The notes below the pieces were generated by a model that saw nothing but the letters and a program-made list of their open reading frames with translations, was not told the DNA's origin and did not search any database. Of a stretch of 64,000 nucleotides of DNA, positions 38,987-53,299 are shown one piece after another. Positions within the stretch are counted from its first letter, which is position 1, and each line of letters starts with the position of its first letter. The position numbers and the translations under genes were made by a program. Origin of the DNA: Tubulanus polymorphus (lineage: Eukaryota > Animalia > Nemertea); NCBI RefSeq assembly GCF_964204645.1, contig NC_134030.1, forward strand, positions 8,165,122-8,229,121, written 5' to 3'.

Positions 38987-40799
38987 GTTCTTATCTCAAA
39001 CTCCTGTCATCTCAGTGTGATATTCCCAGTCCCAAGTCCCGACGACGCTATTGAATTAAGGCAGAGCCTGCTAATGAAATGAAGTTTTCGAAAAGATTAG
39101 CAGTACCAATGGGATACCGGCACTCACCACCAGATGGCGCAACAAAATAACGGGTTATTCGTAGTAGTGAAAATCAGTTGAACTTGATTTTCAGGTTTCC
39201 AAATCCGAAACTATCGAACGAGTAATCGGATAGATATTCAAGATTCCCTTTCTCACTCAGTGCATGGTATAGATTTCACGGAAAATTGATTAACTAATCT
39301 GAAGGAAATGTAAAGAAGAAATTGGAGCGCGGAAACCCAGTGAAACTAGCGATCCTTAGGAATTATCGTTTCCGTCAGTAACCTTGTTGGTATCCCACTG
39401 TATTTTCACAATTCATTTCGCCATATCGAGCCTCCGGATACTTCATTCAGATATCAAATCTTTGACAAAATATGGCAGAATATCGACTGTACAAATAATT
39501 TCTGGGTTCGAAATACTACTGATAATCATTGCTTCGCTTGGCACGAACGTAAAATACCTCACGATTATACGCTGTATATGGTTAACCCCGGTTTACTCAT
39601 ACTTCGTAAAAAAATATTTGATTCGTCATACGACTAGCTACGATTTTTTAAATTGTGGTCGTGCCTCGACCGTTTCGTTGAATTTGATTCGCGCCCGATC
39701 ACGTGAGGCGAATTCCCTCGAAAAACCGCAGAATCTGCCGCCACACGCGCAAAGTCAAGGTAGGCAAATTTCGCAGAATCAATTTTTTTTCACAAAAATC
39801 CAAATTTAGAACGTCCCTATCTCACAGCTGAAACACGTCGCGCCGCGAACTTCAGGGATTTCAACCGAAAAAAATGAGAACTGTCTGGGGGGAGGCTAGA
39901 GTTCACTGAAAACGACATTGCCGATGAATCCTTGCTAGTCGCCCGATTCATACACAGTTACAGTGACGATCAGTTCTCAATTCGGAAGCGCGAAAAGTTA
40001 AATCTACGAATATCACCAGATACGCAGATCGCTTCCCCCAAAACACCCCGAGATTAAGAAAGAAAAAGCTCACCAAACGAAATAGAAATCAACCTTCAGG
40101 GATCATCGGTGAAATAGGTCAGCTCCCGCAAGGAAAGAAGATGTCGATGTCGATGCAACATCGAAACCATGCCAATTGGTTAAGATATTGTTTCAAGGAG
40201 ATCCGTCTGTCTTCCATAGAAAGAAAGCGTTAGTTCATCCGTTTATGAAACCCTCTAAAAACTTGCTGGTAGTATCATGCATTTTAATCGGCGCCTTTTT
40301 TTCAAATGTTTTAATATCGGAAAAAATTACCGCGGATTTAGCAGCTCGTATATCTAAATAGCCTCACCCATGAGTCGCCTTTTTCTCAAAGAACGTCCTA
40401 CTATAATGGCTTCGCTGCGCTTACGGAAGGAACCGTTGTAAGGCTGCAAATTAAGAACACGAGTGTAGCCCTACGCACCCGCAGCATAATTTATATCATC
40501 CGAAGAAATCATAAGTAAGATTGAAGCCTTTGTTCCGGTTTAAAGCATACATACACGCGAGCTGCCGAGAGGGAAATGATGTATTATTGCTCATCAGTCT
40601 GAGCGTTCGTTACACACATACCTAACTGTCTGGCGTGTCAGTACAAACTGAAACTGATGCTATACATCCAGTCGGCTGTACAACCCGGCATAGTTGAACT
40701 ATATATCTTTTATACGTCTCGAAGAAATGTTTAACACGCGATGTTGATGATAAGCGTTTATTAGACGCGTTTAAGTTCTCTAAAAACGCAGGCCGGTGG

Positions 40800-41149
40800 C
40801 AGGGGCGGATCCAGGGTCAAAGTAAAGAGGGGAAGGTGTCCACTCGGGAAATTTAGGGCCTTTTCTGAGCTTCGCCGCAACTTTGTAGTTCATATGTACA
40901 CACAATATTTTTCATCTATTTATCTGGTATTCTTTTTTCACGAATTAAATTACGTTAGAAAATTATCAGCGATTTCTAATGATCGTCTAGATTTGGTAAA
41001 ACAGCTTATCATTTCAGTCGTTCAATAATAATTTTGATCTTTCTTCAGAAAATATTCAGTCTGGAATATTTGAGGATGGAATTCTAAGCCACCTCAATAT
41101 TTAAGAGGAGGTGTCCGGACCCCCATGGACACCCCTGGATCCGCCAATG
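40800..41149. mobile_element. MITE with CAGGGGCGGATCCAGG / CCTGGATCCGCC TIRs
   Basis: Terminal inverted repeats; degenerate relatives at about 5063-5290, 42909-43173, 45808 and 63110-63366. Confidence 0.7.
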
Positions 41150-41217
41150 AATGGGCATCGCAAATAAGGCAATATCTGGCTGGACCCAGTGCCACAGGTG
41201 ATTGTTCAATATCATTT

Positions 41218-41342
41218 AAGTAAATATCCACAATACATTACATATTGTGGGTTTTTTAGTTGGTTTGTTTTGGGGTGCCACTTAAATGATGAACAAACCA
41301 AGTAAAAACCCACAATATGTGATATATTGTAGGTATCTACTT
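41218..41342. repeat. Inverted repeat of about 125 bp (about 50-bp arms)
   Basis: ACATATTGTGGGTTTTT..TTGGTTTGTT pairs with AACAAACCAA..AAAAACCCACAATATGT. Confidence 0.85.
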
Positions 41343-42099
41343 CATTATAAAGAACTATCACCTGGCTATGGAAAGCAAACCAAAGCCAACTTAGAGCGAC
41401 TGACCAACTCCAACAAATTCATCAATCTGTCCAGCTAGCAATTTCTCGGATTTTAAGACAATCGAACGCTTACCTCTCAGTGGAGACACATACACACTTA
41501 ATATGTAATCCGCATCAGTAATCCAATGTACTAATCCAGCTATGAACGTGTTAATTCGAGTTTCGCACTAAATATTCCGTGTTTGCGACTCGCAGATCTT
41601 TACGTTTATACAGTTATTTTATGAATAGATCCAAAGATATATACATATACATATATACATAAAATCCGATCTGAACATTTCCATTCCGAGTTACGGCGCT
41701 TCAACCGGGATCGTCCACTTTAACCAAATAGTAGCCTCTTCTGCGAATCCTAATATAGAAAATAACATAAAAATGTAGATGATCTCAAATCAATCAACGT
41801 TAAATTTAGTTACCTTACAAAAAACACCGAAATACATAGTATATCAATTAACATATCGGGCCAAAACTTTCTTTTTTTTCTAATTCATCTCATGCATCTG
41901 AGGCGCTGAAAACATTAAAATTCTCTTCATCGGTCTGGAATTAAAAAACCCCATCCTCTCATTCAATCATTGGCGAAAAAAGAATTTCGAAAAATAATGG
42001 CCATTCACCGAGACGTATTAACAGGCTTCCAGGCACCCAGACTATATGGTATATATCGGCTTCAAAGACAGCCATTCATGCCGGAGTTGTGACTACGCC

Positions 42100-42640
42100 C
42101 CACTAGATTCGCTCGCACTGTTCAGTGCACAATCTAGACGAGATCGATAAATCGAGACTGCACAGTCGCCCGCGCGCGCGCTCGCTCGCTCTCTCGCAAT
42201 CGTACAGTTTGAATTTATGTGTCAACTGACTCATTCAATAAAAAACATACTGCCAGCGCGCACTACTATCCAGTAGCCTTTCCGGTGTATCATCATACAG
42301 CACCGGCCTACGGGGGATATGTGAAAACTAATTTCAAGTGGAGCGAGAGAGAACGGCTATGGCACGTCAGTCAGTCGAATGAGCGTTGAACAATGTCTGG
42401 GTCCAGCCTGATTTGACTAACAATAACCGGGTGCTCAGCCATTATCTCGCTGCTGCTTTCAGGAGGAGTTACACGATCCTATCCCGATGACCCATTTACC
42501 TCTGACGGGGGCAAGTTCGCGCGTCGCCGCGGCTAAAACCGGCCTTGACCCTATTTCAGTCCGCGCGGCTCTAGACAAGCTACTTTTAGATGACTAATGC
42601 AGAACTGCGCGGCCATATATAATTAGCATGCTGAGTCGGG
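42100..42640 (-). promoter_or_regulatory. CpG-rich promoter/enhancer-like patch
   Basis: CGCGCGCGCG/CTCGCTCG tract, TCAGTT Inr-like word on minus near 42226, a CTACGGGG copy at about 42308, and downstream minus-strand donors near 41812 and 41472. Confidence 0.35.
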
Positions 42641-43329
42641 GTTGTGAGCATGTACTCCAGGGTTCGTTACATGAGCTGCGCCATCATTTTTACACCCGTG
42701 TAAAATGAGCCTAGTATTTCAGCACAAAAGATCGCAACATAAAATCCTATAAAACGACCAGATTAACCACAAAAAGAACACAAATCCCTTAGCATGAGCG
42801 GATCGAGGGGTGGAACTTCCCATTGCCGATTTCGTCAAGACAATGATCGTCTAAGATCTGCAAATTTGACGCCAAACCTCTCAGAAAACGCATTTTTTTA
42901 TAGGTATTCAGCGGCGGATCTATGAAAATTGAAAGGCCAGGGTCCAGAAAAGATTTTATTTCTCTTAATAGCAGACCTGTCACAGGCCTCTATCAGGGTC
43001 CCGACCTCTGTTGAAGAAATACATGCGACTTTAAAAACAATTTCTCAGACGATGAAAATCAAATCTGCAGGTTTCAACAAACAATCTCTCTCTCTTGACA
43101 GATAGGGCAATCTTGACGGGAAGACACTGGTCCAGATCCCCGAGACCAACCCCCTCCCCATATATCAGCCGCTGGTACTTTTTTTGAGTTGTCCAAAAGC
43201 CTCAAAATTAACGATTTTCACGTTAAAAGTTTACGACGACCAATACGAAGGCTTGTTCGCGACGGATTTCACCGGGCATATGGAAGAAAAAATCACCATA
43301 GGAGACCGTCATTGGAATAAACAGCTTAC

Positions 43330-43413
43330 CTTCATTGTATCATCGAGTCAAAAACGTAATCCTGTCCTTCACTGAATCGGCGCTTAAAATCCGTGAAATA
43401 GGCTATCAGTGAC
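43330..43413 (-). other. Candidate 84-nt internal exon of the host transcript
   Basis: Acceptor TTATTGTGTTTTATTTTGCAG|G at 43414/43413 and donor GAAG|GTAAGC at 43330/43329; both are near consensus. Confidence 0.7.
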
Positions 43414-44456
43414 CTGCAAAATAAAACACAATAATCTCTACATTACATTGGAAATTCAAAATTCTAAAATGTAAATAATGTTAAGAAATACAGTCGAATT
43501 TTTTCTCCATATCGTTGAGGACACTGAATTAAAACCTTCCCTTGCTGACGGCGACAACAACGCATGCACACACAATCTCTACAGACAGAACAAAGCCACA
43601 AACAGGCCAACTCGACTTATATACTCGTTTCATCATCATCGCTGTTCAGTGACTTTGAAAAAAAAAAATTCCAACTAGTCTCTTGTCGAGGTTATAAGAC
43701 ATTCTACAAGGTCGCGATTGAGACAAAACCGAACCGAAAGTAAGTACGATAACAAAGAAATAGTGCTGAATGAAGTTCGTTTTTCCCCCTCAAAATCCAG
43801 GGTGGCAATAACGTTAAACAACAAGATTCGATATAGTCGTCATGGACATCGTTCACGAAAACGATAATAATGACGTCCAACGTTCAATAACGCAAACAAA
43901 AACATTTTTTCTAGGCTAAAAGATATGCGCCGAATACTTTTTGTTTTTCAAATATATCTGCAGCATGCAAATTTATATGCGAGCGAGTTTTTAAATGCGA
44001 GCAAGTCGAGGGTCGCAGACGAACTTGACAATCTGTTAGAGCCTAGACCAGACATAGATTGACATTGTTTCGCATTTCAGCCCTCGCTCCATTTATATGT
44101 GTGTACACACACACACACACACAAAGATTAGGAACAACGCCAGTTTTTTTTCCTTTTGGCAAAACAGTCAAAACAGTCGACAGAGCATAGATCTATATGG
44201 AGAACCCAAATGAAGTGAAAATTGCATATTTAGGCGGCCGACACGTAATTAGATACGTACGTGTTTGTCCGCATTCGATGATATGTACGCGTTACTTTTT
44301 AAAAACGATTAGCACACCCTGCAGCCGGCAGAAAATTATTCACGCTATTATTACATGCGAGACATGCGTGGCCTCGACATCTTATCGGGGTGAAATTGGA
44401 CGGGGGTAAAGAATACGGTTAAAAAAACTGAAAAACCGTGGAGTGGGCTTATCTCG

Positions 44457-44510
44457 CAATGAGAAATTCTCTTGCGCGCCGGCTTTATAGGCGGGCACGC
44501 ATGCGCGCTA
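44457..44510 (-). promoter_or_regulatory. TATA + Inr core promoter (predicted TSS 44460)
   Basis: Minus strand: NRF1-like GCGCATGCG, a GC-box-like CCCGCC, TATAAA (44489-44484) and Inr-like TCATTG whose A at 44460 lies 29 nt from the first T of the TATA box. Confidence 0.6.
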
Positions 44511-44648
44511 TCGCATTCTTGCGATTTTGCATGTCATTACCCCGCGATGACTTGCCGGACGTCCTTGTACATCATCCATGACCTTTTCATCAACGGGGCG
44601 AAAAACATCCAGAGCATGCCAAACAATATTCTCATGCAAATATTATAT

Positions 44649-44650
<2 letters not shown>

Positions 44651-44704
<54 letters not shown>
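44651..44704. repeat. (AT)n microsatellite
   Basis: Seen directly; about 160 bp upstream of the predicted TATA box at 44.49 kb. Confidence 0.98.
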
Positions 44705-44708
<4 letters not shown>

Positions 44709-47700
44709 GGTAGCGGATAATACAGAGTAATGGTGTTTCGTCTGGCCCCCATGCTAAGCGTATACACGAACATCTTTTTTAGAACATTACGTATGTCTCT
44801 CTCTCTCTCTCTTGGATTGAAATTTCTTTTTTTTAACACGAACCTGTCAATCATTTCGGTGTATACACACAGTCTAGCCTCATTATACAAATGGTTCAAA
44901 TACGAGTTCTATTGAATATTGAAGATGTCGACTACCACACCACAGACGGGGTGTTCTATTTATAGAAAATACTCGGTATTAAGTACACCAAGTCCGCCAC
45001 ATATGACATGTATGTTAGCTACCTTTCTAAACGGCGACGCTCGTTTCTTCAACGTGCACGTTTCGAAATTCCAGACCAAAACACGAATTCGTTACAGTAT
45101 AGAAAACGACATTGAGGATAATAACTATCAACGTAAACTACGATTAAATCGACTATTACCTAATACGTTACGCGCGCGGGCCCCGTACTAACGACAAGTA
45201 CTACTACTACTACGACGCAATGGCGACCCTCACATCCGCGGACTACTGAATGAATGAAATCTCTCTCGCGTCTTCGAAACTCTTCCCTCTCTTTATCTGG
45301 ACGGATCTTCCATAATATTTCAGCTCACCACTCATTCGCAGACAGTTTTCCTTTCACGAATGTGAACCTCAATAAAAAAACACCTATACGTATTTAGGTC
45401 AGGCCGTCTAGCCGCCGGGTGTACTACTACTATGCCTACATTCATAGGTATTCATGCTATATGCTGTAGCGTTACATTGTGTTGTGTATGATGGTGCTAA
45501 CGCACACTACAACGACGACGCCGGCCATGCTGTAGTTTTCGCATACACGTTTTTCGCGTTGGTCGCCATCGCTGTGCGCATCTTCGGCGCGCATCGGCGG
45601 CGACAGCAGACGCTTTCTCTCCTCCATCCGCGGAAGATAACGGAATTAGGCCGTATAGTGTCTTACAATAGAATCGAGACAAAGCAGCAGTCGTCGTAGG
45701 CTGTCATTCGAAAAACGAACTTCACAGATTTCTTATTTCTCGTTGAACTCTTTTCAAACGAATCCTGTCCTGAACGTTCTGCTCAAGTCCAAAAGATGTT
45801 TCAGTTTCAAGGGCAGATCTAGGATTATTTGAAGGGATGTACCTGGGCGCTTAATTTGAAAAGGGCGGATTTGCAAGGCAAGGACTGCCAGCCAAGCATT
45901 GGCGGGGGTTTTGGTGACCCTAAAACAGGAAATTGAAGGACAAAAAAAATGGGCTTTTCCGGCTATTAACAGAGCAAATTTGAATTATTTGTTTTTTTTT
46001 CAAACTTTCGAAAAACTTTCTCGAGTTAAATGCTTCAAAAGGGCGAGTGGGCATATGTGGTTCATAAGCAATATCATACGGCAGATTTCGACTTCATAAT
46101 AATTCAATAGTTCAAAACTTTTCATTATTCATTTGAACACACTGTTTCAGCTGTGCACTCAGACAATCCTCATGACAACCCACTTCAAGCCGTTTTTCTA
46201 TCAATAACATTATATGCATTGCTCCACAACAGGGAAAATAACGCATATATTCATAAAGGCCTATATATTATGATACTTTAAAACGAGCTTTGATGGATCG
46301 AGTTTCAAAGTGACCTTGACACTTGTCATCCTCGAGTTAAGGGCGAAGGCTGGAAATTAGAGTAACCAAACAAAAAAGACCCGTTGCAAGAATATCTACT
46401 TTCATTTCGTTCCAAATCACAAAAACCAGGTAATTAAATTTGCATTTGCTTAAAACCTGCAGACGTAATCAAATTCCGATGAACTTTTTCATCAGGAATA
46501 GAGCTTAAATGCAACTCGCATTTAGGCCGCATATGATTACGCGCTTATCTGTTATGGATTACTGCCGCAGTGGGGCGATATCAGACAAATGGCCATATTG
46601 AAAATATTTCAGCCGATGATATCGGCATCGATAGGCCGGGGGGTTAACCTTCACTCCATCATTGTCAACCGGGTCTCCAACAAAACGATAACGACCGCTG
46701 CCTCAATGAGACGTCCACGCGATTTATCTCGTCTATCTCATCTATCTCGAATTGCAGACATTGTAATCTGCGTATAAGAGTCAACACCTCAGTCGAAGAC
46801 GATGACATCGGCGGCATTTCTCGATCTCATCAACGTCATTTCATCGTAATCACCGTACGGCGCACGCGGAGCCCGCCGATAATGAAGCGGACGAGGATTT
46901 AGGTTGTTTAAGAAAAACGCGAAATGTCTGAGATCTGCCAGCCTATCAATTACCACATCGGGGACAACAAGTAAATTTTCAGGGTCACGATTAGGAAAAA
47001 TTGAAGAATAAGAACGATCTTCAAAAGGACAATGGAAAATTTTTTCAGGGACAGCAATAGATTTTCTAGAAAATCGAACAACCACCAGCGTGAACAGTGA
47101 TGCATTTTCAGGAACTGTCCCTACTAATCAGGGACAGTTGGCAGCCCTGGATTGGGTGAAGTGTCAACCGGAATGACAGGCGATGGGCGTCACCATGACG
47201 TAAGTGTACACCTAAATGGAAGGAACGATGCTATTTGCGCTAAAACAAAATAGATACCTAGTTCAGGGATAGCTTTTACGATACATATGTACGCGAAGTA
47301 CTCTCCCAACGCCATCGCAGCTTCGATAACCGTTATTTCTTTCAAGGTCGCTTCGAATTATTGAACTAGTTCTCAGACATTGGTAATCGCTCGAAGTGGA
47401 GGTCGGTGTTCAGCTGTCTCGAGGGTGCGCCGAGGTTTCGATTTCGAGAAGGTATGAATTCAAACGACGAAACAGAACTTGAAAACGATGAACATTTTTA
47501 AGCGAAAAGCGCCTGCCTGAAAGAACTCCTATGGAAAATCTTCGAAATCCAGATACTCGTGTACCTGGCGACATATTAACGTGTCACGATTTCTTGTTAA
47601 GATCGCCATGAATTAAGCCATAGAATGCCATATAGAATTATGCCATACATATATATTCTTAGATCTAATACATGCTTTATACACGTTTTCAATATCAATT

Positions 47701-48230
47701 CAATTTCTAATTGTCGCTTTATTCGAGCAGAACTTAACAACGGGTACCCGGCCCGACCATCTCACGCTACAACGGACCTCTGCATCGTAATCAAAATATC
47801 ATAATCGAGCATTTATGCAAAGGGCCATATGTCTCGGCGCCACAACGAGTCATAGACTACTTCATAACGAATATTCGAGACACTCGGCGGTTTGTTCGGG
47901 GTTGATATTGTCGAGACGACGGAGAGGTATATAGAGTGTACAGCGCATTAAACAGCGTATGTCTGAGTAACAGGTTGCCGAGACATTCTGATCGCCCAAT
48001 CAAATGTAATCAGATCGAGCTAGACGACACTTCCTGTAACGTTCGCAGGAAGTCATTCATTTTCATTACAGCTCCATTTCTTCGGCGACATTAAGCGCGC
48101 GTGAGACAGATTTCTGCGCTTCTCTCCTTCGGCGGCAGCGCGAAATGCATCAGACGTCGTCGACAATGGAGAGCATGCGCGACTGACCGCTGTACGACCT
48201 GTAACGCAATGATTCTGATATCTCTGCTCG

Positions 48231-48291
48231 TTAAACCATGGAGTCCATGGTTAAACCATGGACTCTAAAACGAAAAGAGTCCATGGTTAAA
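48231..48291. repeat. Short palindromic dispersed repeat (TTAAACCATGGACTCT family)
   Basis: Tandem and inverted AACCATGGACTC units; a related copy is at about 61797-61840. Confidence 0.6.
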
Positions 48292-49082
48292 CAGACAGTT
48301 ACAAATCCAAGAGAATCGAACGTAATAAAAATGATTATACCCTGATCGTCGAGTTATAACCCAGGCCTCTACAACCACCTCCCCCCCACCCCACTTTTCA
48401 TCGAAGAAAATTTTTCATATTACATTTTTCCATCGTTAATTATCTAAGCAGTTCAGCATTCGAATGAATTTCGGTATCTTTTAAAATGGCCAGGAAATGC
48501 ATCTCAAACGCTCCCCCAAAAAACTGCTTGTAATCCACCTAAACCTTTAATCGCACCTTCCCCCCAAAAAGCGAGGCAGCTCTAAGCCCTGTAACCAAAC
48601 CAGCTCAAGGCCCTATATCCTGTACCACTATGATTTCAATATCATTACATCCATTACGTATACATTTGATAATATTAGAAAATCTGATTAATTTTTGCTG
48701 ACTAAAAACAAAATGTAATTCGTTACTTACCATGTGTTACACTGCCACAACTCCACCTGCATCCTGAAGGCTTAGTTAATACACTACATCAAATATTCAT
48801 ACAGCGCCTCCCTACAAAGACATATACATACATACATATATGAAAATAATAAAACACGATTCTCATCGTCATAGTTGTCTCGAGTCAACATACATTTCCA
48901 TATAGGTCTGCAGTTTCAATCGATGTTCAAGGTTTTGCCGTTGTTTGAAAATGCAAAGCCTCGCGGCTAAATAGATATGTTCTAAATGATGGGAGCACAT
49001 CGGTGGCGAATCAATAGACGACGCGCGTAGAGGAGACCCTCGTGAAATAATTGGACATTTTTGGTACAATTGGAAAATCGGA

Positions 49083-49690
49083 TACCCAACAATGGGTACG
49101 AACGTTCACCCAACATAATGGGTATGAATGTACACCCAAGATAATGAGTATATATCTACTAACATCCAACATTATTGGTATAAATGTATGTACTAATACC
49201 CAACATAATGGGTATGAATTTCTACCCAACGTAATGGGTATACATGTAATAACACCCAACATCCAACATAATGAGTATGAATGTCATGTACTGACGCCCA
49301 GCATAATGGGTATGAATGTACACCCAACATAAAGAGTACACATGTACTAACACCCAACATAATGGGTATGAATGTATGTACTCATACCCACCATAATGGG
49401 CATACATGCATACCCAACATAATGGGTCAACATGTACTAACATCCAACATAATGGGTATACATGTATACCCAACATAATGGGTATACATGAAATAACATC
49501 TAACATAATGGGTACAAATGTATGTACTAATATCCAACATAATGTGCATACATGCATACCCAACATAATGGGTAAACATGAAATAACACCTAACATAATG
49601 GGTATAAATGTATGTACTAATATCCAACATAATGGGTACCAATCTATACCCAACATAATGAGTATGAATGTATCTACTAATATATGGGTA
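49083..49690. repeat. Degenerate minisatellite with core CCCAACATAATGGGTA
   Basis: About 20 variable-length units; the source of several overlapping spurious ORFs. Confidence 0.9.
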
Positions 49691-50119
49691 TCAATGTAGA
49701 AAATAACAATGTCAATATATTCTTATATCATATACATGCAGTGGTGTCTGCCTTTTCCATAGTTCGGCCCTTAAGCACTGCAGATCGGACAATCCATTGA
49801 GAATCAGAGAATTCGAAAGTACAGCATAATTCAAAAAGATCTTTGTAAAATTCAAAGGAATTCAGATACTGTAGACGTTCACTAGATATCGCACACCTTA
49901 AGAATACACTACAAATATAGTACAACACGACCAATTAATGACTGCTGACAATTGATTTAAATATCACATGTTAGATAATAATAAAACTAATCTAAAGCCT
50001 GTAGGCATTTGAAAAATAACGACGTCATTTCATGGAAGCACCCATCTTTTCTGGAATGGTCTATGCTAAAAAACTGAATTAGAATCAGCGTGATATACCA
50101 TATGTATCATGGTACAGAC

Positions 50120-50121
<2 letters not shown>

Positions 50122-50182
<61 letters not shown>
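50122..50182. repeat. (AT)n microsatellite
   Basis: Seen directly. Confidence 0.98.
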
Positions 50183-50186
<4 letters not shown>

Positions 50187-50989
50187 CATTTATAATGTAT
50201 GGAGACTGTACAGACACTCGCCGAGTCATAATTAACTGATCTATTAATTTGCTGGTTGCGCCACGAGTGTATTATACCTATCAATTGAACGATTATTTAT
50301 GATTGTTTTTTATCATATATTTACATCGACTACCAGACTGCTCGGCGGCATCGCTCATAAAAGAAACTACCGCGCGTCCTCTTTCGTTGGAATAACAACT
50401 CACCAATTCTCAGTAAGTTCTATCCCCGCCGATGACAATTATGACTAAGCTCGAATTTCAGCCGAAATGACACAAACAACAACAAACCTGCATCACTGCG
50501 CGGAATGATTGAATCCGTTTCGTAGATCACAATGCTGAACTACGCGTCTCAGCGGTTCCGTTCAGCCATATTTTCGGCCAGTAGAAAATGGTAGAAAGCT
50601 GCCACCTGACCAAGGGTCGTCACTCTTAAAATCCGGATTTGCACGAGAGTCTCGCATTGTCGATGACACCTGGCTATTGTCAATATGGCCTTACCGTCAC
50701 CTTTGAGTTATTGCGATGTACTCAGACAGTATTGTTATGTCTGAAGAGTCACGTTATTGTGGACAGCCATAAAAATGTCCCGTCTACAACACGTGTTCGC
50801 CCCTAACCACACTGACCAAACACGTTCAACTCCGTCCTAACACCGAAACCACCATCCATGCCGATTGGACGTGTCCACAACAATTGAAAAGACTGTATCC
50901 CATTCGAACTAATTGGATTTATTCAATCTTCACCCCCTATCTCGCCAATACTGATTCATTGACTGGACATCTATCTCTTCCACACCAGA

Positions 50990-52050
50990 TATGTTCAATC
51001 CCGTCCAAACCAATTGGACAAGTTCAATCTCCGCCATACCAATGGGAAACATTCAACCACACCAATTCAATTCCGATTCAATTCTTCCACACCAATTCAA
51101 TTCTTCCACACATGTTCAATCTTTTCCATACCAATTCAATTCTTCCATGCACCAGATATGTCCAATCTCTTCCATACCAGTAGGAAATGTTCAATCTTGT
51201 CCATACCAATTGGACAAGTTCAATCTCTTCCACACCAATTCAATTCCTCCATACCAATTGGACAAGTTCAATCTTGTCCATACCAATTGGACAAGTTCAA
51301 TCTCTTCCACACCAATTTAATTCTTCCACACCAATTCAATTTCTCCATACCAATTGGACATGTTCAATCTTGTCCATACCAATTGGACAAGTTCAATCTC
51401 TTCCACACCAATTTAATTCTTCCACACCAATTCAATTCCTCCATACCAATTGGACATGTTCAATCTTGTCCATACCAATTGGACACGTTCAATCTCTTCC
51501 ACACCGATTTAATTCTTCGACCCCAACTCAATTCTTCCATACCAATAGGACAAGTTCAATCTTGTCCATACCAATTGGACAAGTTCAATCTCTTCCACAC
51601 CAATTTAATTCTTCTACACCAATTCAATTCCTCCATACCAATTGGACAAGTTCAATCTTGTCCATACCAATTGGACAAGTTCAATCTCTTCCACACCAAT
51701 TTAATTCTTCCACACCAATTCAATTCCTCCATACCAATTGGACATGTTCAATCTTGTCCATACCAATTGGACAAGTTCAATCTCTTCCACACCAATTTAA
51801 TTCTTCCACACCAATTCAATTCCTCCATACCAATTGGACATGTTCAATCTTGTCCATACCAATTGGACACGTTCAATCTCTTCCACACCAATTTAATTCT
51901 TTCACCCCAACTCAATTCTTCCATACCAATAGGATATGTTCAATCTTGTTCATACCAATGGATTATAAATTTCATCCATACCAATTGGACATGTCCAATC
52001 TTGTCCATACCAATTTGACATGTTCGATCTTGTCCATACCAATTCAACAC
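50990..52050. repeat. Satellite with a 96-bp higher-order unit (29+29+19+19 bp)
   Basis: CCAATTGGACAAGTTCAATCTTGTCCATA + CCAATTGGACAAGTTCAATCTCTTCCACA + CCAATTTAATTCTTCCACA + CCAATTCAATTCCTCCATA. 96 bp is 32 codons, which explains the 334-aa and 300-aa ORFs. Confidence 0.95.
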
Positions 52051-53299
52051 ATCCTTAAAACAGCTCTGTGCATGGACCAATCAGATTGAGTCATACATAT
52101 GGAACTCAGAATATTGACCAATCAGAATAGTCTTTGCAACTCATATATAACTTGGTATACTGACCAGAGTAGAGTATCAGAATATACAACACGATTTAGA
52201 TAGGTTGCATCAAAACGAATAATATCATTTGAACATGATTCAGATATCATCAAAAATTCATAATGAAATTTTCATACCATAGATAGGATTAGTAAGGATT
52301 TCTATGTGTCCTGGATTGAACAAAAATCAACAGCAGTCAATATAAGACTCCCATCGGTGGGCTTTGCTCATTGACTAGAAATAGAATGAGAACTGCTTAG
52401 TGTGGTTAATGATTCTTATTGAACAATAGTAAGTACTGCATCAGCAAAGTCTTAATGCTCTTTTTGTAAAGTCAATTTGACAAACGTTGTGCAAAGATTT
52501 AAGTAAACTTCAAAAACTCTAAATTTAGAAGACCAACTCGTCATTGAATGCTTACGGTCTGAAAGCTCTATCGATATCCTTGTGCAATCATTACCGAACA
52601 AATGAAATAGAAAATCTGGCTCGACTCGGAAAGACCATCCTGATTCCCGGTATTGCAAGGACATTGCGTATAGAGAGACATTGGATTTTTAATAACAAGC
52701 GAAATCAATGTAGCATCGGAGTAAAATTTCATGTGAACCATCGACGTTCGGTTAAAATTTAGACTTAACGATCATGTGCTAGAATTCACATGGTGACATT
52801 CGCTTGTACTGCGATGGCAAAAAGCAATTTCATTCGAACAGATTAGAGCGTTGTCACGGGGCCCGACGAGGCCCCACTTTCACAACATGTTACCAGCTTC
52901 ATCAGTTGAATGACGAAGTGACTGAGTAAAGAAAAAAACAAACCCCCATGAAACAGGGGGGAGGGGGGTATCTTATCTTATGAAATCATCTTGAATGTTG
53001 AAACAAATTCGGAATCAAGTCTAAATGTTAGGATTACTGTAACGAAAACTTGGTATAACCAACAGCACAACTGTCATCTTTTATGGTGGCCCTACAACCT
53101 ATTCTGGCCATTGGTCCACTGACTGACTGTAAACTATCTGTAGGCCTTTACGTTCGATATTGAAAAAACCTGATAAGAAAAATCACCAAGAAATCCAACA
53201 CGACAAGAGATGAAAAGTGGAAGTTCTGCAATACATATTATGTAAGAAGTGGGAACACACATGATGGATGACGGTTATCAGCTCAAGAGAACATTCAAT

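Noticed and set aside
49011-49699. Several overlapping ORFs on both strands
   Set aside because: Minisatellite artefacts.
51014-52089. 334-aa and 300-aa ORFs; CRISPR-like look of the hairpin repeats
   Set aside because: Both come from a 96-bp tandem satellite. There are no unique spacers and no cas genes, and the context is eukaryotic.
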